Origin: Candidatus Thorarchaeota archaeon
GTDB lineage: Archaea; Asgardarchaeota; Thorarchaeia; Thorarchaeales; Thorarchaeaceae
Assembly: GCA_048882045.1 (NCBI GenBank)
Contig: JBHLRZ010000038.1
Span: forward strand, 1 to 27,476
Direction: 5' to 3'
Length of the DNA: 27,476 nucleotides
Shown here: positions 1-9,400 of the stretch, one piece after another
Layout: every line of letters starts with the position of its first letter
Position numbering within the stretch: the stretch's first letter is position 1
Translations under genes and position numbers: made by a program
Notes under the pieces: generated by a model
Told to the model about the DNA's origin: nothing
The model's input: the letters and a program-made list of their open reading frames with translations, nothing else
Database searches by the model: none

Positions 1-5
1 GCCAT
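1..5 (-). CDS. 5' end only of the next gene of operon 1, probably the second peptide ABC ATPase (DppF/OppF); truncated by the window edge
   Basis: The minus strand reads GGAGGTGAACAGTAAATGGC: an SD, the dppD stop TAA (8-6) and an immediate ATG (5-3). Identity is inferred from operon order only. Confidence 0.45.
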
Positions 6-983
6 TTACTGTTCACCTCCAAGGTCCAACTCTCCCGCAAAATGACATTTTGCATAGTGGCCAGCATTAATCTCTCTCAATTCTGGTTCATCTTCCTTAC
101 ATATTGACTGGGCAAAGGGACATCTTGGGTGGAATCGGCATCCTGTTGGTAGATTGAGTAGATTGGGAGGTGTTCCAGGAATGAACTCGAGTCTCTTCTT
201 TGGGCCGACAACACTTGGAAATGCTCCAATGAGTTTGTAAGAGTATGGATGCAGACTGCTCTTGAATACGGACGCAGCATCCCCCACTTCAACAAGATTG
301 CCCGCATACATTATTCCTACATCATGGCAGTTCTCAGCAACAACTGAGAGATCGTGCGTGATGAAGAGCACTGCGAGGCTGTATTTGTCTTGGAGTTTCC
401 TGAGTAGATCCAGGATTTTGTTCTGAACAATCACGTCTAGGGCTGTTACTGGTTCATCTGCAATGATCAACTGTGGATCACACGCAAGGGCCTGTGCTAT
501 TATCGCTCTCTGTAACATACCCCCACTGAATTCGTGGGGGAAGTCGTTCTGCCTCTCAGGCTTGAGACCGACCTCATCGAATAATGTAGAAACAGTAAGA
601 ATTGCTTCTTCCTCAGATACATTGTCCTTCTCACGGATGACCTCAACTATCTGGCGACCAATACGAAGTACGGGATTGAACGCATTCATCGCATACTGAA
701 AAACAATTGAGGCCTTTTTCCAGCGAATCTGCCTCATTTCTTCCTCTGACAGTTCTGTGAGTTCCAAGCCACCAAGATTGATACTGCCATGATCGACTTT
801 CCCATTCTCTGCAAGGATTCGCATAATACTGTATGCAGTTGTAGTTTTACCGCAACCTGATTCCCCTGCAAGACCAAGAGTCCGTTTACTCTCAATATCG
901 AATGACACGCCATCGACTGCTTTGAGTTCTCTGCCTCCAAGGTAATAGTATGTGGCCAAATCTCTGACTTCTAAGACAGCCAT
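6..983 (-). CDS. dppD: Peptide ABC transporter ATP-binding protein (DppD/OppD)
   Basis: Walker A GESGCGKT, signature FSGGMLQR, Walker B LIIADEP, H-loop ITHD, and a C-terminal HPY...CRFHPRCP...C...CHF domain. Confidence 0.95.
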   Translation of the reverse strand: MAVLEVRDLATYYYLGGRELKAVDGVSFDIESKRTLGLAGESGCGKTTTAYSIMRILAENGKVDHGSINLGGLELTELSEEEMRQIRWKKASIVFQYAMNAFNPVLRIGRQIVEVIREKDNVSEEEAILTVSTLFDEVGLKPERQNDFPHEFSGGMLQRAIIAQALACDPQLIIADEPVTALDVIVQNKILDLLRKLQDKYSLAVLFITHDLSVVAENCHDVGIMYAGNLVEVGDAASVFKSSLHPYSYKLIGAFPSVVGPKKRLEFIPGTPPNLLNLPTGCRFHPRCPFAQSICKEDEPELREINAGHYAKCHFAGELDLGGEQ

Positions 984-986
984 CTA

Positions 987-2516
987 TCATTGCCTCCCTC
1001 GTAGTCTCGGATTTACGACTTTGTCAGCCGTATGACTGATGAAGACGAAACCTAGTGTTGTCAATAGTATCAGGACTCCTGGAGGTATAAACCACCACCA
1101 GCGATTTCCGAGTAGCGCCGCATTCTTCCACGCCCAATGCAAGAGAATCCCCCAGCTCGGTTGTCCATGGATGTCGACGAAACCCAGGAAAGCAATTCCT
1201 GCTTCACTTAGAATTGCATTGACAACTCCAAGAATCATGTTTGCTAGGATGAGGGGAAGTGTGTTCGGCATGATGTGCTTGAAGAGAATGTAGTTGTCAC
1301 TTGCCCCAAGCGCATGTGCAGCCTCAGTAAGAGGTCTCTCCCTAAGTGATAATGCTTCACTCCTCACCATCCTCGCTGTACCTGTCCAACCAAGGATTGC
1401 AATGACTACTATTACATTCTGCAGACCTTGGCCAAATATGACAAGAAAGATGAGCATCAGAGGAAGTGTAGGCAAACACAAGAACACGTCAGTAATTCTC
1501 ATGAGAATTGTGTCAATGATTCCTCCATAGTATCCTGCAATGAGGCCGATGAATGTCCCCATGAATACCGAAACCACGCTCGCTGCGAAACCGACCAAGA
1601 GTGAAATTTGCGAACCGTATATCATCCGGCTAAAGATGTCTTCACCCCGGTGATTTGTACCTAGGATATGTTCCGCACTTGGAGGTTGAAGGAGATCCTC
1701 AATAGCTAGAGACCCATCACCCCAGTGATATGGTGAGATCAAAGGTGCCAATACAGCCATCAGGACAATTGCAGAGATTATCAAAAGTCCAAACATGCCC
1801 ATCTTGTGATGAAGAAACTCCTTCCAAAATGACTCAATGTTTGGTTTCATGTTCCAAATCATTTGAAACGCTCTTGGCAATAATAGGAATAAAGGAACAA
1901 GAAACATCAAACTAGCAAAAGAAACCCAAGAGAATCCAGTAGTGGAAAGTAATGAGCCCCATGATGGAATGAAGAATGTTATAGGAATTGTCACTCCAAA
2001 GTAACCTAACCATCCTTCTTCAAGAATCATGAATAGCATGACAACGCTTAAGATTAAGACTCGGTAGAGCTGTAGATTTCGAATAGGCCAATCTTTCAAC
2101 AGTCTTGGTGTCCAAAAGAATACTGCAAAAGTAACGAGAATACCCCAACCTGCCCCAGCTATGAAGAATATTAGGACGCAGATTGTTGCAAGCAGTATCT
2201 TCTGCAATATTCGTCCTGGTCGGTGTACGAAGATTTTCTTTCCTGGAATAATCAGCAAAAGTGAAAGTCCTGTTAGACCCATACCCAAAACTCTGACTGC
2301 TTGAACAGCTAGTGCAGTCATTTCCTCTCCATAGCCAACTTGACTAGCTGCAATCCATGCACTCAAAGAACCTGCAAAGAGGTCCGTGAAAATGTAGGTC
2401 ATTATCATTATCAGGATTACAGCTCCGAATCCGACAATGGTTACATGGATTGGTTTCTTCGGTTTCTGCATCACTACTGCGTCTCTGCGTTCCTGTTGTT
2501 GTCCTTCGTCTAGCAT
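987..2516 (-). CDS. dppC: Peptide ABC transporter permease (DppC/OppC) with a long hydrophobic N-terminal extension
   Basis: C-terminal ~280 aa has HILGTNHRGEDIFSR, EAA loop (EAAHALGAS), HIMPN and WWWFIPPG. SD GAGGTGA upstream. Confidence 0.93.
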   Translation of the reverse strand: MLDEGQQQERRDAVVMQKPKKPIHVTIVGFGAVILIMIMTYIFTDLFAGSLSAWIAASQVGYGEEMTALAVQAVRVLGMGLTGLSLLLIIPGKKIFVHRPGRILQKILLATICVLIFFIAGAGWGILVTFAVFFWTPRLLKDWPIRNLQLYRVLILSVVMLFMILEEGWLGYFGVTIPITFFIPSWGSLLSTTGFSWVSFASLMFLVPLFLLLPRAFQMIWNMKPNIESFWKEFLHHKMGMFGLLIISAIVLMAVLAPLISPYHWGDGSLAIEDLLQPPSAEHILGTNHRGEDIFSRMIYGSQISLLVGFAASVVSVFMGTFIGLIAGYYGGIIDTILMRITDVFLCLPTLPLMLIFLVIFGQGLQNVIVVIAILGWTGTARMVRSEALSLRERPLTEAAHALGASDNYILFKHIMPNTLPLILANMILGVVNAILSEAGIAFLGFVDIHGQPSWGILLHWAWKNAALLGNRWWWFIPPGVLILLTTLGFVFISHTADKVVNPRLRGRQ

Positions 2517-2527
2517 TGTGTTTCACC

Positions 2528-3520
2528 TCAATACCGTATGCGCGGATCCAGGTACAAATAGAGGACATCCGCCGCGAAATTCGCAATTAGAGTGATAGTT
2601 GCCAGAAACAGGAATATCCCCTGAAGTACAGGATAGTCTACTGACAAGACTGAGTTGTACGTAAGCAGACCTAACCCACTCCAGCTGAAGATATATTCCG
2701 TCATCATGGCACCACTGATCAGATAGGGCAGATTGACTGCTATTACACTGACCATTGGAAGCATAGCATTACGCATAGCATGACCATAGAGAATAGTTCT
2801 CTCCTTGAGACCTTTTGCCTTGGCTGCGAGAATATAATCCTGGGTGAAAACATCGAGGACAGAATCCCGCATGATAAGGTAGAATCCTCCAATGAATGAA
2901 AGGGTGAGGACAATCCAAGGTCCGGCCATATGGTGAAGGTAATCGTACGCATAATCTAGGAAGTTCACATGATCATATCCCCGCGTTATAGTCCCTGCAA
3001 GCGGTATGAGTCTTCCAAGAAATCCCAAATAGTAGAGTAGGAGCATACCAATCCAGAAGACAGGCATTGCATATGCTACCAGAAAGACCACTGTTGATCC
3101 AGTATCGACAGCTGAATCTCTGCGTGCTGCTGCAAGTACACCAAAAACCATGCCGATGAATATGGATGCAATGAGTGAAGCACCCATGAGAATGAATGTG
3201 TTTGCAAACCTAAATTCGAATATTGTTTCTATAACTGGCTCATTGAAATGAGAGAATGAATAGCCCAATTCTCCTTGGAACAGATTGACAATGTAGAGAA
3301 AATACTGTTCGATGAGAGGTCTATCAAGTCCGAACTTTTCAGCAATTGCTATTCGGAGTTCTGGTGCTAGTCCTTCACCCAATAATGCTTGTCTAGGGTC
3401 TCCAGGCATGATTCTGAAGATTATGAAGTTCAGAGTGATAATGATGAACCAGATTAGAACTGTCTGAACAAGTCTTTGACCAATATATCTCCAAGTACCA
3501 ATTGTCTTTCGAGTAGCCAA
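2528..3520 (-). CDS. dppB: Peptide ABC transporter permease (DppB/OppB)
   Basis: MPGDP, FGLDRPLIEQYF, QDYILAAKAKGL EAA loop, C-terminal YLDPRIRY. TTG start. Confidence 0.95.
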   Translation of the reverse strand: MATRKTIGTWRYIGQRLVQTVLIWFIIITLNFIIFRIMPGDPRQALLGEGLAPELRIAIAEKFGLDRPLIEQYFLYIVNLFQGELGYSFSHFNEPVIETIFEFRFANTFILMGASLIASIFIGMVFGVLAAARRDSAVDTGSTVVFLVAYAMPVFWIGMLLLYYLGFLGRLIPLAGTITRGYDHVNFLDYAYDYLHHMAGPWIVLTLSFIGGFYLIMRDSVLDVFTQDYILAAKAKGLKERTILYGHAMRNAMLPMVSVIAVNLPYLISGAMMTEYIFSWSGLGLLTYNSVLSVDYPVLQGIFLFLATITLIANFAADVLYLYLDPRIRY

Positions 3521-3624
3521 TTTTCATCTCTCCAATTTGCACTGTCCCTTTTTGCATGGTAGAACCCCCTTAAAGAATATCGGACTCAGTAACAACAAAT
3601 TGAATCTTTCAAAAGAAAATTAGG

Positions 3625-3646
3625 AAGGGACCAAAATTGGTCCCTT
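3625..3646 (-). terminator. Stem-loop followed by a U-rich tract after the binding-protein gene (terminator or mRNA stability element)
   Basis: Perfect inverted repeat AAGGGACCAA-AA-TTGGTCCCTT 11 nt after the dppA stop, followed on the minus strand by TTTTCTTTT. Confidence 0.65.
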
Positions 3647-3657
3647 TTGTTGAACTG

Positions 3658-5424
3658 TTACTTCCTTCGCAGTGCAAAGTATGTAATTACAACACCAATA
3701 ATCAGTGCTCCAGCTCCAATTCCAAGAATCAGAACCATATCCGTTCCACCAGGTGGTGGTGTGGTTTGTCCGCCTGTACTATCGTACATGAAGACCATTG
3801 ACCTTGGGTTAAATGCTGTGAATGGTCCTCCCGCAGGAGTGGTGTAGTTGACCCATTCAGCTCTGAGAGCATGGGTGTCGTCAGACAGGTACAGTGGAAT
3901 GTATGGCACATTGTCCAACACAACCCTTGCAGCTGCCAAGGCATTGGCTGCTATGGTTGATGGTGTGGATGCCATATAGTCATCCAATATTGTGTCAGCT
4001 GTCGAGTTGACAAAATTGTGGACATTGTCACCCCACTCGAAGATGTTTGATGAATGTAATCTCCACCAAATATGATCGGGGATGTTGTCGTATCCATGTG
4101 CCATGCTGTACATCTCGTATGCACCAGTATAGATAGCATCATACATTGGGCCGTCATCAGTAACAACGTTGTTGATCTTGATCCCAATGTCCTCCATCTG
4201 GAGTTTGATACCAGTGACGGTTGCGACAGAAATGTCGTCCCATGACAGACTCAGACAGTCGAACTCGAGCTCCTCACCCAATGGGACCTCAACTCCGTTT
4301 CCATTTCTGACTCCATCAGCGTCAGTATCGATGTAACCGGCAGCATCAAGAATCTCATTTGCTAGAGTGACATTCTGATCAAAGTTACCAGCATCATCAT
4401 GTAATGCTGGGAAGAATACCTCTGGAATTGCGCTCCATGTTGCCGTACCAAATCCTAGTCGACCGATGTTGATGAGTTCAGTTCGGTCAATAGCTAGTGC
4501 CATTGCTTCCCTGACATCAATGTCATCGAGACCAGCTACAGTGAGGTTGAATCCCCAGACATAGTCCCACTGGGATGCAACACCTGTAACAAGCTGCAGT
4601 TCAGGAGCGTTTAAGATCTCATTGACATACGCACCGAAGACCTCGTAACGCTCTGTGTCAGCCTCACCTGACCTCATGGCAAGGATTCTTGCATCCTGAC
4701 CAATGACCACATCGATCCTGACTCGTTCGATGTTTGGTAGCTGTCCCACATATGGATTGTCTGGACCCCACCAGTCATCGTTTCGGACGAGCTCGGTGTA
4801 CTCATCAGGCACACGCTCAACATACTTGTACGGACCTGAGCCAATGTGAGCAGTCATGTCATCCTCGTCATCCCATTTTGCATCATCAGCTGCGACGCCA
4901 TCATGAGTGTGCTCAGGGAGAATGTATATCTGTCCCAGGGTTTGAGCGGCAAATGAATTGAGCTTGTTAAACACCACAGTAACTGTGTTGCCAGTAACAC
5001 TGGCAGAAGTCATGTTCTGCATGAAATTCCACCAGTTGCCAATCGTTGATGGAGCATCCTTTACATACTGAAATGTGAATGCAACATCATCAGCAGTCAA
5101 CGGTTCACCATCATGCCAAGTTACACCTTCTCTGATATCGAAGGTGACTGTAAGACCATCAGCTGAAACTGTCCAATCTTCCGCCAACCATGGAATCAGG
5201 TTTAGATCGTCATCTGTTGATAATAGCGAGTCATATACCAGCATGTCATACCAGTGAGACCTTTCACTCCGCCAAGTCAGCGGATTGAGTTCACCAATAT
5301 CTGACCCATATGCCATAACAAATAGCATCTCATCATCCTGCGCAAAAACGCCAGGAATGGTCATTGCTGGGAAGAATAGGAACATCGCTAGTACAACGTA
5401 ACCAATCTTACGTCTTGTTTTCAA
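3658..5424 (-). CDS. dppA: Family 5 ABC substrate-binding protein (DppA/OppA-like) with signal peptide and C-terminal membrane anchor
   Basis: PWLAEDWTVSADG, TWHDGEPLTADDVAFTF, IGSGPYK motifs. N-terminal signal peptide, Thr/Pro/Gly linker, hydrophobic helix and RRK at the C-terminus. TTG start with GGAGGA SD. Confidence 0.93.
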   Translation of the reverse strand: MKTRRKIGYVVLAMFLFFPAMTIPGVFAQDDEMLFVMAYGSDIGELNPLTWRSERSHWYDMLVYDSLLSTDDDLNLIPWLAEDWTVSADGLTVTFDIREGVTWHDGEPLTADDVAFTFQYVKDAPSTIGNWWNFMQNMTSASVTGNTVTVVFNKLNSFAAQTLGQIYILPEHTHDGVAADDAKWDDEDDMTAHIGSGPYKYVERVPDEYTELVRNDDWWGPDNPYVGQLPNIERVRIDVVIGQDARILAMRSGEADTERYEVFGAYVNEILNAPELQLVTGVASQWDYVWGFNLTVAGLDDIDVREAMALAIDRTELINIGRLGFGTATWSAIPEVFFPALHDDAGNFDQNVTLANEILDAAGYIDTDADGVRNGNGVEVPLGEELEFDCLSLSWDDISVATVTGIKLQMEDIGIKINNVVTDDGPMYDAIYTGAYEMYSMAHGYDNIPDHIWWRLHSSNIFEWGDNVHNFVNSTADTILDDYMASTPSTIAANALAAARVVLDNVPYIPLYLSDDTHALRAEWVNYTTPAGGPFTAFNPRSMVFMYDSTGGQTTPPPGGTDMVLILGIGAGALIIGVVITYFALRRK

Positions 5425-5481
5425 TTTCTCTATCCTCCGGATTCGGAAAGGTACTTTCCTACTTTCCGACTGACATCAACC

Positions 5482-5503
5482 AAATCCTGCGCTTTAAGGA
5501 TTT
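5482..5503 (-). promoter_or_regulatory. TATA-like box of dppA (operon 1) embedded in an inverted repeat; candidate operator
   Basis: AAATCCT-GCGCTTTA-AGGATTT; the minus strand contains CTTAAAG about 70 nt upstream of the start codon. Confidence 0.4.
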
Positions 5504-5556
5504 CGAACTGCGCTCCACAATGCGTTAGATTTTCAAACCATCTAATGAATTAAAAA

Positions 5557-6354
5557 CTACATTGAGAAACTGTCTTGGAAGCTGGATTTGCAATCTGAAT
5601 ATAGCTGACATATCCGAGTTAGTGCTCCGGCAGCCTTCTTTGCCTCTCCAAGAGAACTTGAACCAGCAGTTTCCAGAAACATCAATCTCGTACTGTTGTC
5701 CCCAAGATGTCTATATTCTGCTACAACCGTTTCCACGTAGATCCTCTCTCCTACCTCAGCAGAATGTATGATTTGCGCTGGTTTGGAATTTGTGACCAGA
5801 GATGATGCCAAAATGTACGAGTGACCTTCCTTTCTTTCAGCGAGGATTTTCTCCTCTCTCCTAATTCCTCCTGGTGACCGAGGCACAACAAAAGCTATAC
5901 TTGTGAGTGGATCTGATTGTAAACTCCGAATCATTGGTCTTAACTCCTCATCATCTTCTTGTGCTTGTAGACGGAGAGAGAGCATCTGGTCTAAGACTCT
6001 TTTTACAGACTTCTCATTTCCAGGATATGGATCGACTTCGTCGAACTCTTCTATATGTTGATTTAGAAGGGCCGTTAATCGAGGTCTCCAGAGAAGGAAC
6101 TGATGATCGGTATCTGGAATGCTTCCAGCGAGGTCTTCATCAATAGCAGAGGCTGATTCATCTTCAACACCAGAATCTGAGCCATAGCCACTCAATTTCA
6201 GTCTGACCATTCTAAAGGGGCGCTGTATGGTCATTACCCGCTCGAGGAATTCCACATCCTTCTTGCTGAATACACCCTCCCTATGAATCTCGGACTCGAG
6301 GAAAGTGATGATTTCCTCGCCTGTGTATGGAGGAGTTTTCAGTTTTTTCAACAT
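5557..6354 (-). CDS. Hypothetical soluble protein (265 aa)
   Basis: Long ORF filling the gap between dppA and the M20 gene, with globular charged composition. No recognised motif, signal peptide or TM segment. Confidence 0.8.
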   Translation of the reverse strand: MLKKLKTPPYTGEEIITFLESEIHREGVFSKKDVEFLERVMTIQRPFRMVRLKLSGYGSDSGVEDESASAIDEDLAGSIPDTDHQFLLWRPRLTALLNQHIEEFDEVDPYPGNEKSVKRVLDQMLSLRLQAQEDDEELRPMIRSLQSDPLTSIAFVVPRSPGGIRREEKILAERKEGHSYILASSLVTNSKPAQIIHSAEVGERIYVETVVAEYRHLGDNSTRLMFLETAGSSSLGEAKKAAGALTRICQLYSDCKSSFQDSFSM

Positions 6355-6444
6355 TGCATCTAGTTCTTTGTTTGAGCCTAGATAAGCCGTTCGTTCATCT
6401 CATGAAAGGGAGGATATATTGCTCAGATTGTCGAATCAAGACTT

Positions 6445-7794
6445 GTGTTCGAGATGTATGAAGAAGTGACTGCTTTCATAGATGCAAATCTGGACAGAAC
6501 TATTGAGGATCTAGAGACTGTTTGCAGGATCCCATCCATTGCCGCAAAAAACGAGGGTCTCGAAGAAGCTTCAGCTCTCGTTGAAAAGATGCTCAAATCC
6601 GTAGGATTTGAAACAGAGATCCATGAGACCTCTGGTGCCTCAGTAGTAACTGGATGGATTGATGTTGGAGCAAAGAGGACCCTCCTGTTCTATGATCATT
6701 ATGATGTACAACCAGCAGAACCCTTTGACCTATGGGACTCACCACCCTTTGAGCCTGAGATTCGGGATGGACGTTTGTTTGGCCGAGGAGTCGCTGACAA
6801 CAAGGGTGACATGACCTCTCGTATTTGGATTATGAAAGCTTTCAAGGAAACTGGAACAGATATTCCAGTGAACATAAAATTCGTCATCGAGGGCGAAGAG
6901 GAGATAGGGAGTGTCAACCTTCCTGAATACACGGAAAAGAATGTCGATTTCATTACCGCCGATGCTGGCGTATGGGAGTTTGGTGGTGCGGGAATTGATG
7001 GAACACAGGAAGCTTGGTTGGGTCTCAAAGGTATTTTCTTTGTAGAACTTGAAGTGGAGCGGCTTGCGCGGAATATGCACTCTGCGTCAGCATGTATTCT
7101 GCCTTCTGCTGCAAGTCGACTTGTGTGGGCACTCAATTCCTTGAAGGACCAAGATAGTCTCATTCTGATTGATAGTTTCTACGATGGTATCAAGCCATTC
7201 ACCTACTCCGAGATTGAGGCTATGGAGAAAATTGATCTACATGAAGAACTGCTGAAAAAGGACTACGGCATTGATGAATTTCTCAATGGGTTGACCGGCG
7301 AGGAGTTAAAGAAAGCGTACTATGGGGCACCTACCGCAAATATCTGTGGTTTCACAAGTGGATATCAAGGAAAAGGATCGATGACTGTCTTACCTGCGAA
7401 GGCGACCTGCAAGATTGATTTCCGGCTTGTTGAAGGTATGCATCCTGATGACGTACACAAGAAACTCAGGAAGCATCTGGATGATAGAGGATTCACCGAT
7501 GTGAAGATTGCGTATTTCGAAGGCTACCCCGCTGCAAAGACCCCAGTGGACCATCCGTTCGTAAAGATTGTTGAAAGGGCCAATCAGAAGGTGTTCGGAG
7601 ATTTGAGGATTCACATAACGAGTCCTGGTTCTGGACCGCTATACCTCTTCAACAAACATGTACCTATGGTTTCAATCGGCTGTGGGGATCATATGTCCAA
7701 GGCTCACTCTCCAAACGAGAGTATTCTCATCGAGAACTTCCGTAAGACGATGCATCGAATTGTAGCCATTTTAGATGAGATGAGAAACTGGTAA
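6445..7794 (+). CDS. M20/M25/M40 family metallopeptidase (dipeptidase/deacylase-like)
   Basis: Metal/catalytic motifs HYDVQP, GRGVADNKG, GEEEIGS and C-terminal AHSPNE, plus dimerisation region VLPAKATCKIDFRLV. Start is GTG 6445 or ATG 6454. Confidence 0.93.
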   Translation: MFEMYEEVTAFIDANLDRTIEDLETVCRIPSIAAKNEGLEEASALVEKMLKSVGFETEIHETSGASVVTGWIDVGAKRTLLFYDHYDVQPAEPFDLWDSPPFEPEIRDGRLFGRGVADNKGDMTSRIWIMKAFKETGTDIPVNIKFVIEGEEEIGSVNLPEYTEKNVDFITADAGVWEFGGAGIDGTQEAWLGLKGIFFVELEVERLARNMHSASACILPSAASRLVWALNSLKDQDSLILIDSFYDGIKPFTYSEIEAMEKIDLHEELLKKDYGIDEFLNGLTGEELKKAYYGAPTANICGFTSGYQGKGSMTVLPAKATCKIDFRLVEGMHPDDVHKKLRKHLDDRGFTDVKIAYFEGYPAAKTPVDHPFVKIVERANQKVFGDLRIHITSPGSGPLYLFNKHVPMVSIGCGDHMSKAHSPNESILIENFRKTMHRIVAILDEMRNW

Positions 7795-9387
7795 TCAGGG
7801 GAGAGGTGGTCGTATTGATACATCCTTCTCCCATTGGACCTCATACGCATATTCTATCTTCAACTCTGTATCGGGACCAATCTTTGATTCCCATTCCAGG
7901 ACACCTAGAGCGTCCTTCTGTGTTGGGAGTGACATCGATGTGATTTCAACCTCGATCTTCTCTGAGTTGCTGTGAGGAATGACATCGATGACCTTGATTG
8001 TGATTTCATCTTTTGAAAAGTTCTTCAACTCGAGTGCATACTTGTAACCTCTCTTCCTCTTACCTCTGGTTATTCCCGCCTTATCGGTGTCTTTCTCTAC
8101 AAGTTTCTTCTCGACCTTTACATCATATGCTACCCTGGTGCCTAGTCTGAACTTCTCTCTTGGAGCTTTCAGATCGAGATAGGTTTCACCGATGAAGTCT
8201 CCTGCTGCATAGACCTTTACATTACCAGGTAAAAGGACCGAGTCTCCATTTGCAATCTCATCCTGGGCTACAGCCTCAGCCATTGCGGATGCGTTCCAGA
8301 AGTGCAGTCGTCGAGAATCAAACTCTTCGAGGGTCAGAGTCACAGGATGAGGGTCAGTATCAGCAGGAATAGAAACCTCACCGGGAACATTGTATACTGT
8401 AATCCCTCCCAGAGATTCAATGGGTTCTGCGTAGTCCTCAATGAGCTCTGGCATGGGCTCTTCACCTATGGCATCATCGAGCAACATCTCCTCTTCATAT
8501 TCATCATAATCCGCTTTCTCTTTCTTCATTTCTCGGGGTGCTGCTGCTGATCCTGTAGCTACCATTCCAAAGTCTGGAGTATATACATCAACATAATATG
8601 GAGTAGGATCAATCGCTTCAACAGGTTGGGCTGAGGCTGTTGAAACAGTTAGTTCAATATCCTCCCAATCTTCTAGTGTCCTATTTTGAACAACTGCTAT
8701 CCTCTTGACTGAAGTCTTGTCCTCTAAGATGTCCACATCATACATTGGTTGCCAAGAAGCTGTGTGTAGCTGATAGGTCACCTCCAATTCGAGAGGAGTG
8801 CTTTCCTTCACATCAAGGCTCACTAGTACCTCATTAACAGTTTCAGTTCTACGTTGTCCCTGAATCCTGTTGATGTTGTCCTGAAGTGATGCAATCTTCG
8901 CATCCAAATCCTCTAACTCATATTCAAGCTTACGAACCATCTTCTTGGAATCTCGGACCAAATCACTACCTGTCTTATCCATTGAGGTGAAACGATCCAT
9001 TTCCGTTTCTCCAACTGAAAACCACTTTCCAAACTCTGTACTGAACTGGTTCATCACCAGATTCAGTCTTTCTCCTCTGGTTTGTTGGAGTTGGATCTTG
9101 TCAGATATATCTGCTCTATCCCTTTGAAGTTTCTTGAGTTCTTCAGTTAGTTCCTTTACGTTTCCTTCTGGTTCGAAAGTCCGACTTATCTGTTTGACAT
9201 CAATACCTCTTAGGACTGCTTTTCCCTTTCCTTTCACTCGGAAACTGTCTGGTTCTGCATATCGTGTGATGTTTGAAACTTTCACTATCTGTTCTCCTGC
9301 TGGTAGTTCGGTCTTACCAGTCCTTACAACACGTGCTCCATCACGAAAGACTGTTACTGTCGAGATTTGTGTGGTTACTTCTTTCAT
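7795..9387 (-). CDS. DUF4140/DUF4139 domain protein (mucoidy inhibitor MuiA-like family), paralog 2
   Basis: N-terminal ISTVTVFRDGARVVR, coiled coil, LEVTYQ..ASWQPMYD, VQNRTLEDWEDIELTVSTA, LLPGNVKVYAAGDFIG, GVLEWE. Confidence 0.88.
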   Translation of the reverse strand: MKEVTTQISTVTVFRDGARVVRTGKTELPAGEQIVKVSNITRYAEPDSFRVKGKGKAVLRGIDVKQISRTFEPEGNVKELTEELKKLQRDRADISDKIQLQQTRGERLNLVMNQFSTEFGKWFSVGETEMDRFTSMDKTGSDLVRDSKKMVRKLEYELEDLDAKIASLQDNINRIQGQRRTETVNEVLVSLDVKESTPLELEVTYQLHTASWQPMYDVDILEDKTSVKRIAVVQNRTLEDWEDIELTVSTASAQPVEAIDPTPYYVDVYTPDFGMVATGSAAAPREMKKEKADYDEYEEEMLLDDAIGEEPMPELIEDYAEPIESLGGITVYNVPGEVSIPADTDPHPVTLTLEEFDSRRLHFWNASAMAEAVAQDEIANGDSVLLPGNVKVYAAGDFIGETYLDLKAPREKFRLGTRVAYDVKVEKKLVEKDTDKAGITRGKRKRGYKYALELKNFSKDEITIKVIDVIPHSNSEKIEVEITSMSLPTQKDALGVLEWESKIGPDTELKIEYAYEVQWEKDVSIRPPLP

Positions 9388-9400
9388 TCCTCATTTCTCC

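Noticed and set aside
7790-7800. Zero-gap convergent junction of the M20 and DUF4139 genes as antisense regulation
   Set aside because: Abutting convergent stops are common in compact archaeal genomes, and there is no further evidence.
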